Assembly (NCBI GenBank): GCA_973895155.1
Contig: OZ316897.1
Span: forward strand, 2,557,416 to 2,621,415
DNA length: 64,000 bases
Direction: 5' to 3'
Source of the DNA: Marsupella aquatica
Lineage: Eukaryota; Plantae; Marchantiophyta
The number at the start of each line of letters is the position of its first letter. The stretch's first letter is position 1. The notes under the pieces were generated by a model, which saw nothing but the letters and a program-made list of their open reading frames with translations, was not told where the DNA came from and searched no databases. The translations under genes and the position numbers were made by a program. Shown in pieces: positions 53,601 to 64,000 of this stretch.

Positions 53601-55784
53601 AGTGACAGGGAAAATTTTTGGATAGAACTGATGCTTTGGTAATTTACAGTGGTGTGTATGGACAGAAAAGTAAACACTAGTATCCATGCATATTTATATG
53701 TTTTAGCCCAGTCCATCCAAGTTTCATTTATCCATGGGAGCTTCATGGACAACCTGCCAGTCCATCCGGGCTTTAAGTTCGCATATTCTTGACTGAACAC
53801 TTCCATAGGTATTTGAAAATTTTAGTGTATTAAATGCGACGCTAAATGATCTCTGTCCAAAACAGGTGCCAATGCTTCGTGAATCGATCCTTCAAAGGAA
53901 TGATTGGGGTGAGATTTTCAAAATGTCCAATCAATGGGTCTGTGCACCCCTCCTTCTTGATAAAAAAGAGAGTAAATAATAGTATTCTTTGGCCATTAAT
54001 ATCCAAGTGCCCCGGCCTTATTTTGATGCGAGTGGAAGGATATTGTTGGCCAAGTCTCCCAGTTTCTCTTACATAGATGAGCACCCTTACCTACTCAGAA
54101 TCAGCAGTTTCAATTCTCATTATATTTAAGTTTTGATTTATCCTGTGAAAGTCATCCATGTATAAATTGTATTGTTCATTCTGGTTTCAAGTAACCCCTT
54201 CAAATTTTCTTTCAAACCTTGTCCCACTGACTGTTATTCTTAAAATTGAGAAAGAATTAAAAAACACAAACCTCCCTCAATAAGAAATATCACAATAACC
54301 GAGCAAGCAGGGATTCAAACCTGTGTTGCAATCAACCAAACCCTATGCACTATGCTACAGGTTTCCATTCCAATTGAATGCTATTAGTTATGCCAACTCA
54401 ATATTTTAGTAATTATGCACAGGGCTTCTTGCGGAAAGGCAGGCTGTGGTCATTTTAGGAAAGGATGGCACTTCAGAGGTTCAAATGCAAGAGCAAGCTC
54501 GTGAGATGCTGAAGATGTTCGAGTTTGGGGTCAGTCTTTACATTCAATCTTACTACCAGACCTTTTAAAACATTCAAGTTTGCACATAAATTGTAAAATG
54601 TGTTAAAAACAAGGAGAAAAGGAAATTTTTCCTGAAGGATCTGGCAGTACACTTTCACAAGTAGAACACCCTTACAAAGATTTTTCACCCTATGAAACAC
54701 TTGGCGCCTAAACTATATATGCATCTCTTGTGGCTGATTTTCTCTTGTGACTTAATTTCCCCCTCTTCACTGAACATTGGTGTGAAGTTAGTATGAGTCG
54801 TGCAATGAACAATCTGAGATTTGTTACCTTGCCATTATAGCCAAAATTGCTATCCCAATGTTTTAATTTTGTTGCTTAAAATGCCATTTTCATCCACATC
54901 GACTAGCCTGATTTTGTGTTTGCATTAATGGTCCAATTTGCCTCCCTCTACCTTTACGGAAGGTCCAGATTAAATCGTTTGCCTTGTATATACCTCCTCC
55001 CGGTGACTCCATACATACTCATCCTCAGTGTACATAATCGCCATTACTTTGGTTCTAGTCCTCTCACTCTCTATCTATACTTGCCTCACCCAATCTGTCC
55101 CGCCCTTGGCATATGGGGAGGGGGAGTATGTAGGGGGAGGAAGCAAAGATGTAAGGAGAGGAGGTGTACCGGGAAGGGGGGTGGTACATATGGAAGTAAG
55201 GATACAATCGACTATAGATGGTCTTTAGGGGGGCTATTGATTGAAAAAGAACTAAGGCATAAAATCAGCCTTGAATTAAAAGTGTGACAGATTACTAAAA
55301 GTAACACAAAATAGTGGCAAGGTAACAAAGCTGAGTTTGAACATGATGATTAGTTTGCAGCCAATATACCTGGGCCTTTAGCCCTCAATATATATTCATT
55401 GAGTCATTGGTAGGAACTGGAATTTTTATGATAGGAAATGATGCAAGCTCCCAATTGTGCTGCTTGTGGAGCACCTGCTGTACAACGGTGCTCTCGTTGC
55501 AAGCTTGAATGGTAAAACCCCATACTCCTTCTTTTTCATTTAGTGTCATCATAGAAAATTCCAATGTATGGTCTATCATCTGCTGAGGTTGATTCCTCTT
55601 TAGACAATTCAATTCCATAGACTTGAATGAAAAGGTTGACCTATCACTGAGTGTGCTTTGTTTGATGCCAATTGTTTGACCTTGATCTGCCTCATTTTCT
55701 GAAAACAGGTATTGTGGTCGAACATGTCAGGTCAAAGTTTGGCAACGACACAAACAAGCATGCGACATCCTTACTCAAACATGA
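38635..55784 (+). CDS. ZMYND10: Zinc finger MYND domain protein 10 (axonemal dynein pre-assembly factor), about 456 aa, 20 exons
   Basis: Exons 38635-38679, 38845-38910, 39342-39398, 39651-39695, 40001-40057, 40634-40747, 41165-41221, 41651-41720, 41917-41972, 42509-42558, 42872-42914, 43171-43269, 48121-48198, 49704-49793, 50892-50954, 51874-51951, 53866-53908, 54423-54529, 55435-55511 and 55709-55784 total 1371 nt in one frame. Motifs WMKQHENLEKLNLQA, IINLLE, ALSVLRYLTDY, LDQLPVL and the MYND finger CAACG...[27 protein letters not shown]. Confidence 0.93.
43541..44069. mobile_element. ~530-bp non-autonomous element, copy 2, inserted in the L1 relic
   Basis: Homologous to 37387-37951. It is flanked by TCAGCAT at 43534-43540 and 44070-44076, and removing it rejoins the RT sequence. 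Confidence 0.75.
44224..45706. mobile_element. 1483-bp GC-rich insertion, solo-LTR-like, with imperfect ~20-bp inverted ends
   Basis: The left end AGTGGTGGACCTCGCCACC resembles the reverse-complemented right end AGTTGCGGAACTCGACTACC. The flanking duplication is AAAGT (up to CTAAAGT). Removal restores TAC TCT AAA GTT CAT GCA (YSKVHA) of the L1 RT. Confidence 0.85.
48730..49662. mobile_element. Non-autonomous MULE-like element in ZMYND10 intron 13
   Basis: Near-perfect 9-bp TSD CAATATCTA / CAATACCTA. The ends GAATCTGAACCCCAGATGGAC and GTCCATCCGGACTTTAATTTC belong to the same TIR family as 52640-53780. Confidence 0.75.
52640..53780. mobile_element. Non-autonomous MULE-like element in ZMYND10 intron 16
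   Basis: Perfect 9-bp TSD GCATATTCT (52631-52639, 53781-53789). The TIR core AAAGCCCGGATGGACTG / CAGTCCATCCGGGCTTT is a perfect inverted match. Confidence 0.88.
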
Positions 55785-57343
55785 TGTGGGACATGATGCT
55801 ATCTCTGTAACTCTTTCTCATTGATGCTACCACTGCTACAGCTGCAGTTGCTGTAGTAAATGCTTGTTAATATTTGGCCATTGGCAAGGGGATCAAATTT
55901 GGTTATTTGGTGTTTGAACCCACGGAGGGGTGACCCAGAAAGGCCTTCAAAATAAATTAAACACCCAAACAGGCTAGCTGCAGGGCGAACACACGTGAAA
56001 ACAGCAACAAAACCAGGCCAAAGGAATGGCACCCAACAGAGCGAGTACCAGACTAGCAAAGCTCTTATTAAGTGCCCATCAAGCCCCACTCAACACATTG
56101 AACCAAAAAGGAGCAGTAGCAATCAGAGTCCTGAACTAAGATACAACACAGAATTTCAACCATCCTCAAAAGTGGAGATGCTGACCCGGATGCTGAATCA
56201 ATTTTGCCAACCACAATCTCAGTTGATAGTGTTTAGCAAGTCAGAGCTCCCCTTTGCAGGGCTTGGGGTGGTTCCTGTCTCTTTTCCTTGAGTTTTTGGT
56301 CTTTTTCTACCTCGCGTCAGCTGGTGGTTTTTGCCAGAGGCTAACTCTGAATGATTTTTGTGGCGTACTACATTTCATTTGAAATAAGACCATTAAAAAG
56401 AGTAGAGATTGAATGAGAGCCTTTGACCAACTTCACATGTATTTGTGATGAAGTTTGGGGAAACCTGTTGCCAACTCTAAAAGTAAGATCGTTAAGAAAG
56501 AGCCTTGAAACCACTTCTTATGTGTTGTGATGGAGTTTGGGAAACCTGTTGCCAGCTCGAACTCAACACTGTTGTGTGAGAAAATATATTTGCTTTGACG
56601 TTGATTCCAAGCATGGATGACAACAACGTGAACATGCTGAGTTTACCATGTGTGCAAGATTCAATTTTTTAACCTGTTTGGTTACCTCAGTAAGAAACTT
56701 TTTGTCACAATACCCTTGTAGGTCCAACAAAATGTCTCCTCCAATTGCTCACAAACATTCACACAATTTAAGCTACCATAGTGAGCATCTTGTGTGTAAC
56801 ACTCCATAGATTTTAAATGAAATAATTGCCTCCAGTTTGTCACACAATAATGAATTTTTTTTAACACAAACTAGTTTATTATAATTGCTTGAGACAATAT
56901 GTCCATGGATTTTCACATTAAGGGTTCCAAGGCAAAATCCAGAGCAAATAGCAAATCCTATGTCAGTGCAAAATGGTGTAGGGTAACCCATAGCCAAGAG
57001 GGGGTAATCAGATGTAATCCCAAAGGACGCTGAGCCCGAGGGGGTTACAGCCCATTATTTATCTCCAAGTAGGGATGAGTTACCGCGCGTAATGCCTAAG
57101 TGCATTTTTGAATCATTCACTTTAGTTTTGCACTGCAAAAGTTTCATTTGTCACTGTCTGCCACTTACACTTATTGTATTTCTTGTTCAAAATTCAGAAT
57201 CCCCAGGCCAGGCTGGCACAGCGTGTGTGAATTCACCTGGGGGTCCTCATAACCAAGTATAGGCATACAAAGAAAAACTGCACAAGGGGTTTACGTAGTG
57301 CAGGACACTCAGGTAATGTTGGGGTTGATTCCATTATATCGAA

Positions 57344-58600
57344 CTAGCCCCATGCCCATGCGTTGCACAAAAGATGTTGAGGTGAGGGCAAGATTTTGAG
57401 TGAAAGCAACATGTCAAGCTGAGGGCAAGATTTAAAGTGAGGGCAAGATGTTGAGGTGAGGGCAAGATGTTGAGGTGAGGGCAAGATGTTGAGGTGAGGG
57501 CAAGATGTTGAGGTGAGGGCAAGATTCTGAGTGAGGGCTGGATGTTGAGGTGAATGCAACATTTTGAGGCGAGGGCAAGATGTGGAGGTGAGGACAAGAT
57601 GTTGAGGCAAGCCAAGGCAAGATGTCGAGGAGAGTCAAAGATATCGAGAAGAGGGTAAGATGTCAAGGAGATACAAAGATGTTGAGGCGAGGGCCAGATG
57701 TCGAGGAGAGGCAAAGATGTCCAGGCAAGAGCAAGATGTCAAGGGGAGGGAAATATGTCAAGGAGAGGCAAAAATGTTTAGATGAGGGCAAGATGTCAAG
57801 GCAAGGGGCAGATGTCGAGGAGAGACAAAGATGTTGAGGCAAGGGCAAAGTGTCAAGGAGAGACAAGAGATGTCGAGGAGAGGGTAACATGTCGAGGAGA
57901 TGCAAAGATGTTGAGGAGAGGGCAAGATGCCGAGGAGAGGCATATATGTCCAGGCGAGGGCAAGATGTCGAGGGGAGGGAAAGGTGTCAAGGAGAGGCAA
58001 AATTTTTTAGATGAGGGCAAGATGTCGAGGCAAGGGCCAGATGTCAAGGAGACGCAAAGATGTTGAGGCGAGGGCAAGATGCCGAGGAGATGCAAAGATA
58101 TCGAGGAAAAGGCAAGATGTTGAGGGGAGGGAAAGAGGTCAAGCAAGGTCAAAACAAGGCAAAATACAAATAATTACGGAGAAAAGCAATGTTTAGAAAT
58201 AAATTAAAGGAAATAAAAGCAAAAAGACAGACACAAACCCGGACACAAAAGGCAAAGGGGGAGCAACCCAACATACCAAAAGGGAATTAGAGGAGATGGT
58301 ATCCAGAGCTATTAATGGAGTTTTGCAGAATGATCAAAGGTCAACAAAAAACTTCTTTTCCATCCAATGGTTGAGGTTGAATCCGGCCCAATCTTGTGAT
58401 TGTAAGCAGATGATGCCCATAAATGGATGGGTTCCCTTATTGTGTGATAGCCCCATGCCCAGAAGAAGTTGAGGCGAGGCAAGGATGTAGAGGCAAAGGA
58501 AAGATGTCAAGGCAAGGCAACAATGTCGAAGCGAGTGAAAATGTCAAGGTGAAAGCAAGACAAGAATGTTGAGGCAAGACAACAATGTCGAGGAGGGAAA
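57344..58600 (-). mobile_element. Helitron-like element (3' end at 57344; 5' end not located) carrying a minisatellite
   Basis: The minus strand ends ...GTGCAACGCATGGGCATGGGGCTAG|T, the typical Helitron subterminal hairpin sequence followed by CTAG before a T. Confidence 0.65.
57371..58140. repeat. 19-bp minisatellite array (GATGTTGAGGTGAGGGCAA and variants), with a second short block at about 58460-58595
   Basis: Directly abutting units, with near-perfect copies at about 57448-57525 and diverged copies further on. Confidence 0.95.
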
Positions 58601-59528
58601 CTTTTTGTTTTAATGTTCAAATTTTCAAGTTTTTGATAAATAAGTATTTTATGCACAAAAAACTATAAGTTTTTCATCATGGAAAAGCTCTTGGGCTGGC
58701 AATTTTTTTATCCCCTCTATCCTTTTCTTGCTTTGTCGTTTTTCCATGTCCTCTACTTTATTTTACTTCTTCTTTTCCCTTTATCTTAGGAAACCAACCC
58801 TCTCACTCCTTGTGGCTTTTCCCTTTATCTGCGGTATTCATGATACCCTGGCTGGGAGAGTAATATATAACCATCCTCTATGCAAAATCCAAAATGACAT
58901 GCCCCTAAAGTTTCTCCTTTATCTTAGGTATTCATGATACCTTGGGAGGCTAGGAGAGTAATACATAATCATACTCTATGCAAAATCCAAAAAGTTTGAC
59001 ATGTCCCAAAAGTTTCTGGTTGGGATGTGTGTTATTTAATAAAAGAGAAAGATACATTTTAGATGATGTCACATTAGAATATACATAAGAATCATCTCAC
59101 ATGTAGTCTGTATTCTACTATAAAGAGAAGTATATCACTTGACAGTCCTGGTCAATCAATCCAAGAGTACACAGAAAACTTAAAAATAATCTGACGGCTT
59201 AGGTTGATTCCCTCCATTTTCAAGTTCGTAAGCAGAATAAAGTACTTTTTGGCGGCATTGCATATTATAGATGTAGATTATGCTTGGTGCATCCCAGGAT
59301 TGTAGTCAAACATTGTGTCCATCAGAGCACCAACTTCCTAATTTCTTGTTTAGTACAAGGGTGAGCCCTTGACCTTTAACATGCTATCCAATAAAGCTGG
59401 GACACTTGTCCATGATATTATATTAGCCCTTGTTAGCCCGCACCCTTGGCTTGCACCTGTTTCATGAGCACACACGGTTCAAGACTGCTGCGCTATTGAT
59501 TCTCCCTCAAAATTTACAGTATTTCAAA

Positions 59529-59780
59529 CTAGTTCAATACCCGTGCATTGTACAAAAGATGTTGTCACTTGTGTAAAAGATGTCAATACATAAGAGATGT
59601 TGTTACTCAAAAGATGTTGATGTGTATTTCAAGGAAAAGATGTTGATGTGTAAAAGATGTTGTTCTGCAAATGATGTCATTGTGTAAAGGGTGTCGTCGT
59701 GGAATTTATATAGTTGATGTAAAGGCAGAAAGATTTTGTTGCATTTAGTGTTTCATTGCATAAAGGATGTCATTACGTAA
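59529..59780 (-). mobile_element. Second Helitron-like 3' end with degenerate AAAAGATGTTG repeats
   Basis: The minus strand ends ...TGTACAATGCACGGGTATTGAACTAG|T. The adjacent repeats share the AGATGTTG core with the 57-kb array. Confidence 0.55.
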
Positions 59781-61725
59781 AGTAGGTTAGTGAATAAAGA
59801 AGGTAGTTTCTTGGCAAGAGGTGCACTCCCAAGAAAGAGCAAAAGATGGGCAGACATCCCGGGCAGGCATTGGGGGTAGAGGTCAAGGGCAGGCACACAG
59901 TCTAGTAAGAGGCTCTATATGGGGTCCCCATAAGAAAAAGTGGCAGAAGCCTATGTAACACCATAATTAATGATTCCACTTTCAACAAAGCACACTTTTT
60001 ATATACAAAGGGACCAAACAGAGTACAAAAGAACAAACAACTTTGGGTTGTAGTACTTGGCAAATGTCACAACCAAGATGCTCTCACGATTGACAGGAGG
60101 GAACCATGGCCTGGGAGGTGTGAGCATCCTCGTCCTCCTCCTCCCCTTTCTCCTCGCTCTTTTTCCCACTTTCTTTGTGCCTCCTCTTTGTTTTGCTTCC
60201 TTCCTAATTTGGTTTTGGCCCTGGAATTTTTAAGATGACCATTGTAAAAACTACCAGGAGTATATATTTTATGATTGCGGACCCCACTAGAGGTCCCTTC
60301 CAAAATTCCTTGCATCACAACGTGCCACGTCAACAACAACCGCAACAAACAAGACTCATCGGTTTTGTGAATCAAACTTATAGTTTTCATTCGTGTTTGT
60401 GTCAATTTGGGTGTAAATTTCGGGACGCCGTGCCGTAAAAAGAAAAGTAAAAACATTGGAAATGCAAAGAGCAAGACGGTTAAAGCTGTCACTATGTAAC
60501 CGTTTTAGTTACATTTCCAATTTTAAAACTTAAATTCAAAGATTTATAAAAAATATTTTTCATATAATAAATAATGACTAATAAATAACTTGATAACTTC
60601 TTTGTTGAACCGCAACTCCCGGTATGTAAGGACCTCTCGTATTGTATGGCCATTAATGCTGGGAAGAGCACATCGAAACCCAGGATCGGGGAGGAGGAAT
60701 GGCTGGAATCTTGAAAGTTCATCTAATTTTATACTCAAAACTATTTACTCATTCTCAAAACAAAAAATACCCAGTCGTAGATCTCATTGAGATCTTTCTG
60801 TTGCACCCTAGATCGCCTTCTAACATGGATGAATAAGATTTCTAGAGGCATTACAAAATGGACGGCAAAGATCATAAAATCAACAAAATCAACGGCTAGG
60901 AGGCCTTGGATTTGTTTAATTTTTCATTTGAAAAATATTAACCTATTTGCAAAACGGACAGAACCCATCCATAGATCTACTTGAGATCTTTCTTTTGAGC
61001 CATAGATTGGCCATTATGATGGACGGACGAGATTTTCGGAGATAAGAAATGGAGATGGCTCAGATCGACTCTTCCCCCTGATTTTATTAGCCGAGGGGTC
61101 CACGAACTAATTAAAAAAATAAATTCAATCTGATTAACAACATAGTTTTGATATACTTTTTGAATGACTTTAAATTGGAAAGCGTTAGAAGGACATGCCA
61201 TATTAAGAGCAGGTGAGGTTCCTTCCCAATTTGTATGCAATTGATTTTTCTGGAGAGTATGCTAGCCAATGGCTGGAGGTGGTCTTAGCCTGAGACAAAA
61301 GGTTGGACCCACTCACTCCCTATGACCACCACCTTGCTAACTGTGTTCCCCCACTACTATATTTGGCAGGACAATCCAACAAGGTACATCCCAACCCAAA
61401 ATGTCTGGTGCCAATGGGTCACAAAGAAGATTAATCCCCAGGGGAAGGCAAAACAATCTGTTGGAGCAGGAAAGAAAACTTCATGCAAAACAGAACAATA
61501 TGGTGGGCTATGAAAGAAAGTAGGCCGAAAAGAAGCACTTTTGGGTATAGCCAGGTACAGATGTACCAAAATAATATATGTATTAATTAATTTTTATTAC
61601 TATCTGGTATAATCTATCCTCAAAGCTACATCGCCTCTCTCCCTAAGACAGTAGGCCCCTCTTTGGGCACCCCCATTGGAGACAACAACAACAACAATGA
61701 TTAGGTTTCTCTTTTCAAGTTAACA

Positions 61726-61876
61726 TACCATAGAAATATAGAATGCCTTGGACGTGTTCACCTTGTGAACCTGGCCAATACCATATGTAGCGTACCATAG
61801 AATGCCTTGGACGTGTGAACCTGGCCAATATATATGTAGCGTACCATAGAAAGCCTTTGGACGTGTTCGCCTTGTG
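61726..61876. repeat. Three tandem 50-60-bp units upstream of the GR gene
   Basis: TACCATAGAA..GCCTT(T)GGACGTGT occurs three times, and GTGAACCTGGCCAATA..TATGTAGCG occurs twice. Confidence 0.9.
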
Positions 61877-62077
61877 TCCCTGTGAGAGTGCCACCCTCCC
61901 ACTTTGCATTGTGCGAAAGTGCGGGCGAGCCACCCTCTGTTACTGTCTCCCATTCTCCCACGTTTCAGCGCAGCCCTCAACCTCAACGTACAACAGAGGC
62001 AAGAGCCTCCAGCAGAGTTCTTCACGAGGAAACCTGCCCCTCCGTTTCTCGTCGTCCATCTCGCAGGCAGCCCCTCC

Positions 62078-62116
62078 CATTCAATTCAATTCAATTCAAT
62101 TCAGTTCAATTCAATT
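62078..62116 (+). repeat. (ATTCA)n microsatellite in the GR 5' region
   Basis: About seven to eight consecutive ATTCA units, one of them variant. Confidence 0.9.
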
Positions 62117-62685
62117 GAGGGAGTGGGTTGTGAGAGAGCGAGCGTCATTTCCCGGAAGCCGTCGAGGATTGCATTCATTTGTAGAACATTGGACGGGCCC
62201 AGCGATTGAGCAGTGGCGGAAAAGTGGAAAAGTGGGAAAGTGGGAAAGAGGATTACGTGGGAGGGCTGATTCTCGTAAGGTGGACCCTGTTGAGACTGCT
62301 TGATGAATGTCGGCTTCAGTGGGTAGCGGGGGGATTGATCCGGCAACAGAGGTGGTGTGAGGAGTAGCTCGTCGGTCGACTGTCAGCCTGCAGCGTTTCT
62401 GAACAGGGTGGTGGAGGGATCGGGAGAGAAACAGAGACGGGTTGAGGAAGGAAAGGGCAGCGTGGGCATCAGGCGTTCTTACTGCTGTCGTGATCTGCCG
62501 AGAGAACAGCGGAGCGGTCTCTGCCATTTTTGTTGCGGGGAAGGGAGGCGACAAGCTCGGAGAGACAGGCAGCACTCGTCGTGGATAGGGCGCTTTGTTT
62601 CGGGTGGGTAGAGGCGCGAAGTAGATAACATTTGTATTGAATTGAAGTTAATTGTGGGGAGGGGGAGGGGAGGGAGAGAGATAAC

Positions 62686-64000
62686 ATGGCTGAGGGGACG
62701 AAGAATGGAGGAGAGGCGGCACCCAGCTCGAGCCACGGGTATGAGTACGATCTATTCGTGATCGGAGGGGGCAGTGGAGGCGTGCGGGCGTCGCGGATGT
62801 CGGCTAGCTATGGGGCAAAGGTGGCGCTGGTTGAGCTCCCGTTCAACCCGGTGAGCTCAGACACACAGGGGGGCCTGGGAGGCACCTGTGTGCTGCGGGG
62901 CTGCGTGCCGAAGAAAATCCTCGTGTATGGGTCCGAATTCAGCCACATGTTCGAGGACTCCAAGGGCTACGGATGGGAAGTTTCCGGCGATATCAAATTC
63001 AATTGGAAGAAGCTCCTCGAGAACAAGACAAGGGAGATCACGAGGCTGAATGGAGTTTACAAAAAAATGCTCCTGGCTGCCAAGGTGGACCTGTTCGAGG
63101 GCCGGGGGAGCCTTGTCAACCGCCATACTGTGGAGGTTGAGCAACCAGATGGCACGAAGAGGACGTTCACGACGAAGCATGTGCTCATCGCCACTGGAGG
63201 GAGGGCAGTGCCATTGAACATTCCAGGGAAGGAGTTGGCGATAACGTCAGACGAGGCTCTGAGCTTGGATGAGTTTCCCAAGAGGGTGGTGATCGTTGGT
63301 GGGGGTTACATTGCAGTGGAGTTTGCAGGCATATACCATGGCATGGGAGCTGAGGTGCACTTGTTCTACCGGAAGGATTTGCCACTCACTGGGTTTGACA
63401 GGGAGTTGCAACAGATTGTGGCAAGGAACCTGGAGGGAAGGGGGATCAAGCTCCACTCCAATGCTAACATAACGAAGCTTGAAAAGCACTATTTGGGTAT
63501 TAGAGCAGAGTCTGACAAAAATGAGGAATTTTTTGTGGATGCTGTGTTGATGGCCACAGGCCGGAAGTGTAACACCAAGGGGCTTAATCTTGAGGCTGCT
63601 GGTGTGGAGCTCAATCCCAAGGGGGCTGTGGTAGTGAATGAATACTCCCAAACTACAGTAGCCAACATCTGGGCTGTGGGTGATGTGACCGACAGGATCA
63701 ATCTCACTCCAGTGGCTTTGATGGAGGGCACTGCATTTGCAAAGACAGTATTCGCTGAGAAACCCACCAAGCCTGATTACATCAACGTGGCTTCTGCGGT
63801 GTTTTGTCAACCTACCCTTTCTGTTGTTGGATTGTCAGAGGAGGAGGCAATCAACAGCGCTAAGAATGATATTCTGGTGTTCACTTCGTCTTTCAACCCT
63901 ATGAAGAACACGGTATCAGGGCGGCAGGAGAAGACTTTCATTAAGCTTATTGTAGACGCAGTGTCAGACAAGGTTTTGGGAGCGGGAATGTGTGGTCCAG
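62686..64000 (+). CDS. GR: Glutathione reductase, cytosolic type; intronless, 3'-truncated by the window
   Basis: 438 uninterrupted codons from the ATG at 62686 (absent from the ORF track because there is no stop). Motifs [15 protein letters not shown], redox-active [40 protein letters not shown] and [11 protein letters not shown]. There is no transit peptide. Confidence 0.97.
   Translation, partial: MAEGTKNGGEAAPSSSHGYEYDLFVIGGGSGGVRASRMSASYGAKVALVELPFNPVSSDTQGGLGGTCVLRGCVPKKILVYGSEFSHMFEDSKGYGWEVSGDIKFNWKKLLENKTREITRLNGVYKKMLLAAKVDLFEGRGSLVNRHTVEVEQPDGTKRTFTTKHVLIATGGRAVPLNIPGKELAITSDEALSLDEFPKRVVIVGGGYIAVEFAGIYHGMGAEVHLFYRKDLPLTGFDRELQQIVARNLEGRGIKLHSNANITKLEKHYLGIRAESDKNEEFFVDAVLMATGRKCNTKGLNLEAAGVELNPKGAVVVNEYSQTTVANIWAVGDVTDRINLTPVALMEGTAFAKTVFAEKPTKPDYINVASAVFCQPTLSVVGLSEEEAINSAKNDILVFTSSFNPMKNTVSGRQEKTFIKLIVDAVSDKVLGAGMCGP

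Noticed and set aside
53581-53638. Exon-like segment (MSEDRVSDRENFWIELML) in ZMYND10 intron 16
   Set aside because: It lies inside the MULE-like element and is phase-incompatible. Exons 16 and 17 join directly as LILEQ-VPMLRE.
57371-58140. Regular short repeats resembling a CRISPR array, and the many ORFs called across them
   Set aside because: The units abut with no unique spacers, there are no cas genes, and the context is eukaryotic. The ORFs are artefacts of a stop-poor 19-bp repeat.
63247-63810. 187-aa minus-strand ORF and other ORFs at 62857-63770
   Set aside because: These are antisense shadows of the glutathione reductase frame.

Overview
Eukaryotic nuclear DNA from a land plant, probably one with flagellated sperm (bryophyte/liverwort-like; inferred from gene content). 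It is not prokaryotic and contains no CRISPR array. I assembled nine protein genes by hand from splice sites. In order: a 3'-truncated class IV aminotransferase-like gene (-), DIM1 rRNA dimethyltransferase (+), an EEF1AKMT1/N6AMT2-family methyltransferase (+), a compact RIB43A-family ciliary protein (+), RPH1 (+), a serine carboxypeptidase-like gene (-), a BODYGUARD-like alpha/beta hydrolase (-), a 20-exon ZMYND10 spread over 17 kb (+), and an intronless cytosolic-type glutathione reductase running off the right edge (+). There are two tRNAs (Asn-GTT, Lys-CTT). Transposon debris includes a Tourist-like MITE, two MULE-like elements with 9-bp TSDs, an L1 RT relic split by two nested insertions, and Helitron-like 3' ends with a 19-bp minisatellite. 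The most notable oddities are an apparently non-canonical TT-AG intron in an otherwise intact ZMYND10, an intronless GR missing one NADPH-phosphate-binding Arg, a possible cryptic mitochondrial extension on DIM1, and an AGT...ACT-terminated solo-LTR-like element. I found no demonstrable new multi-gene system. Family assignments come from recalled motifs, not database searches.
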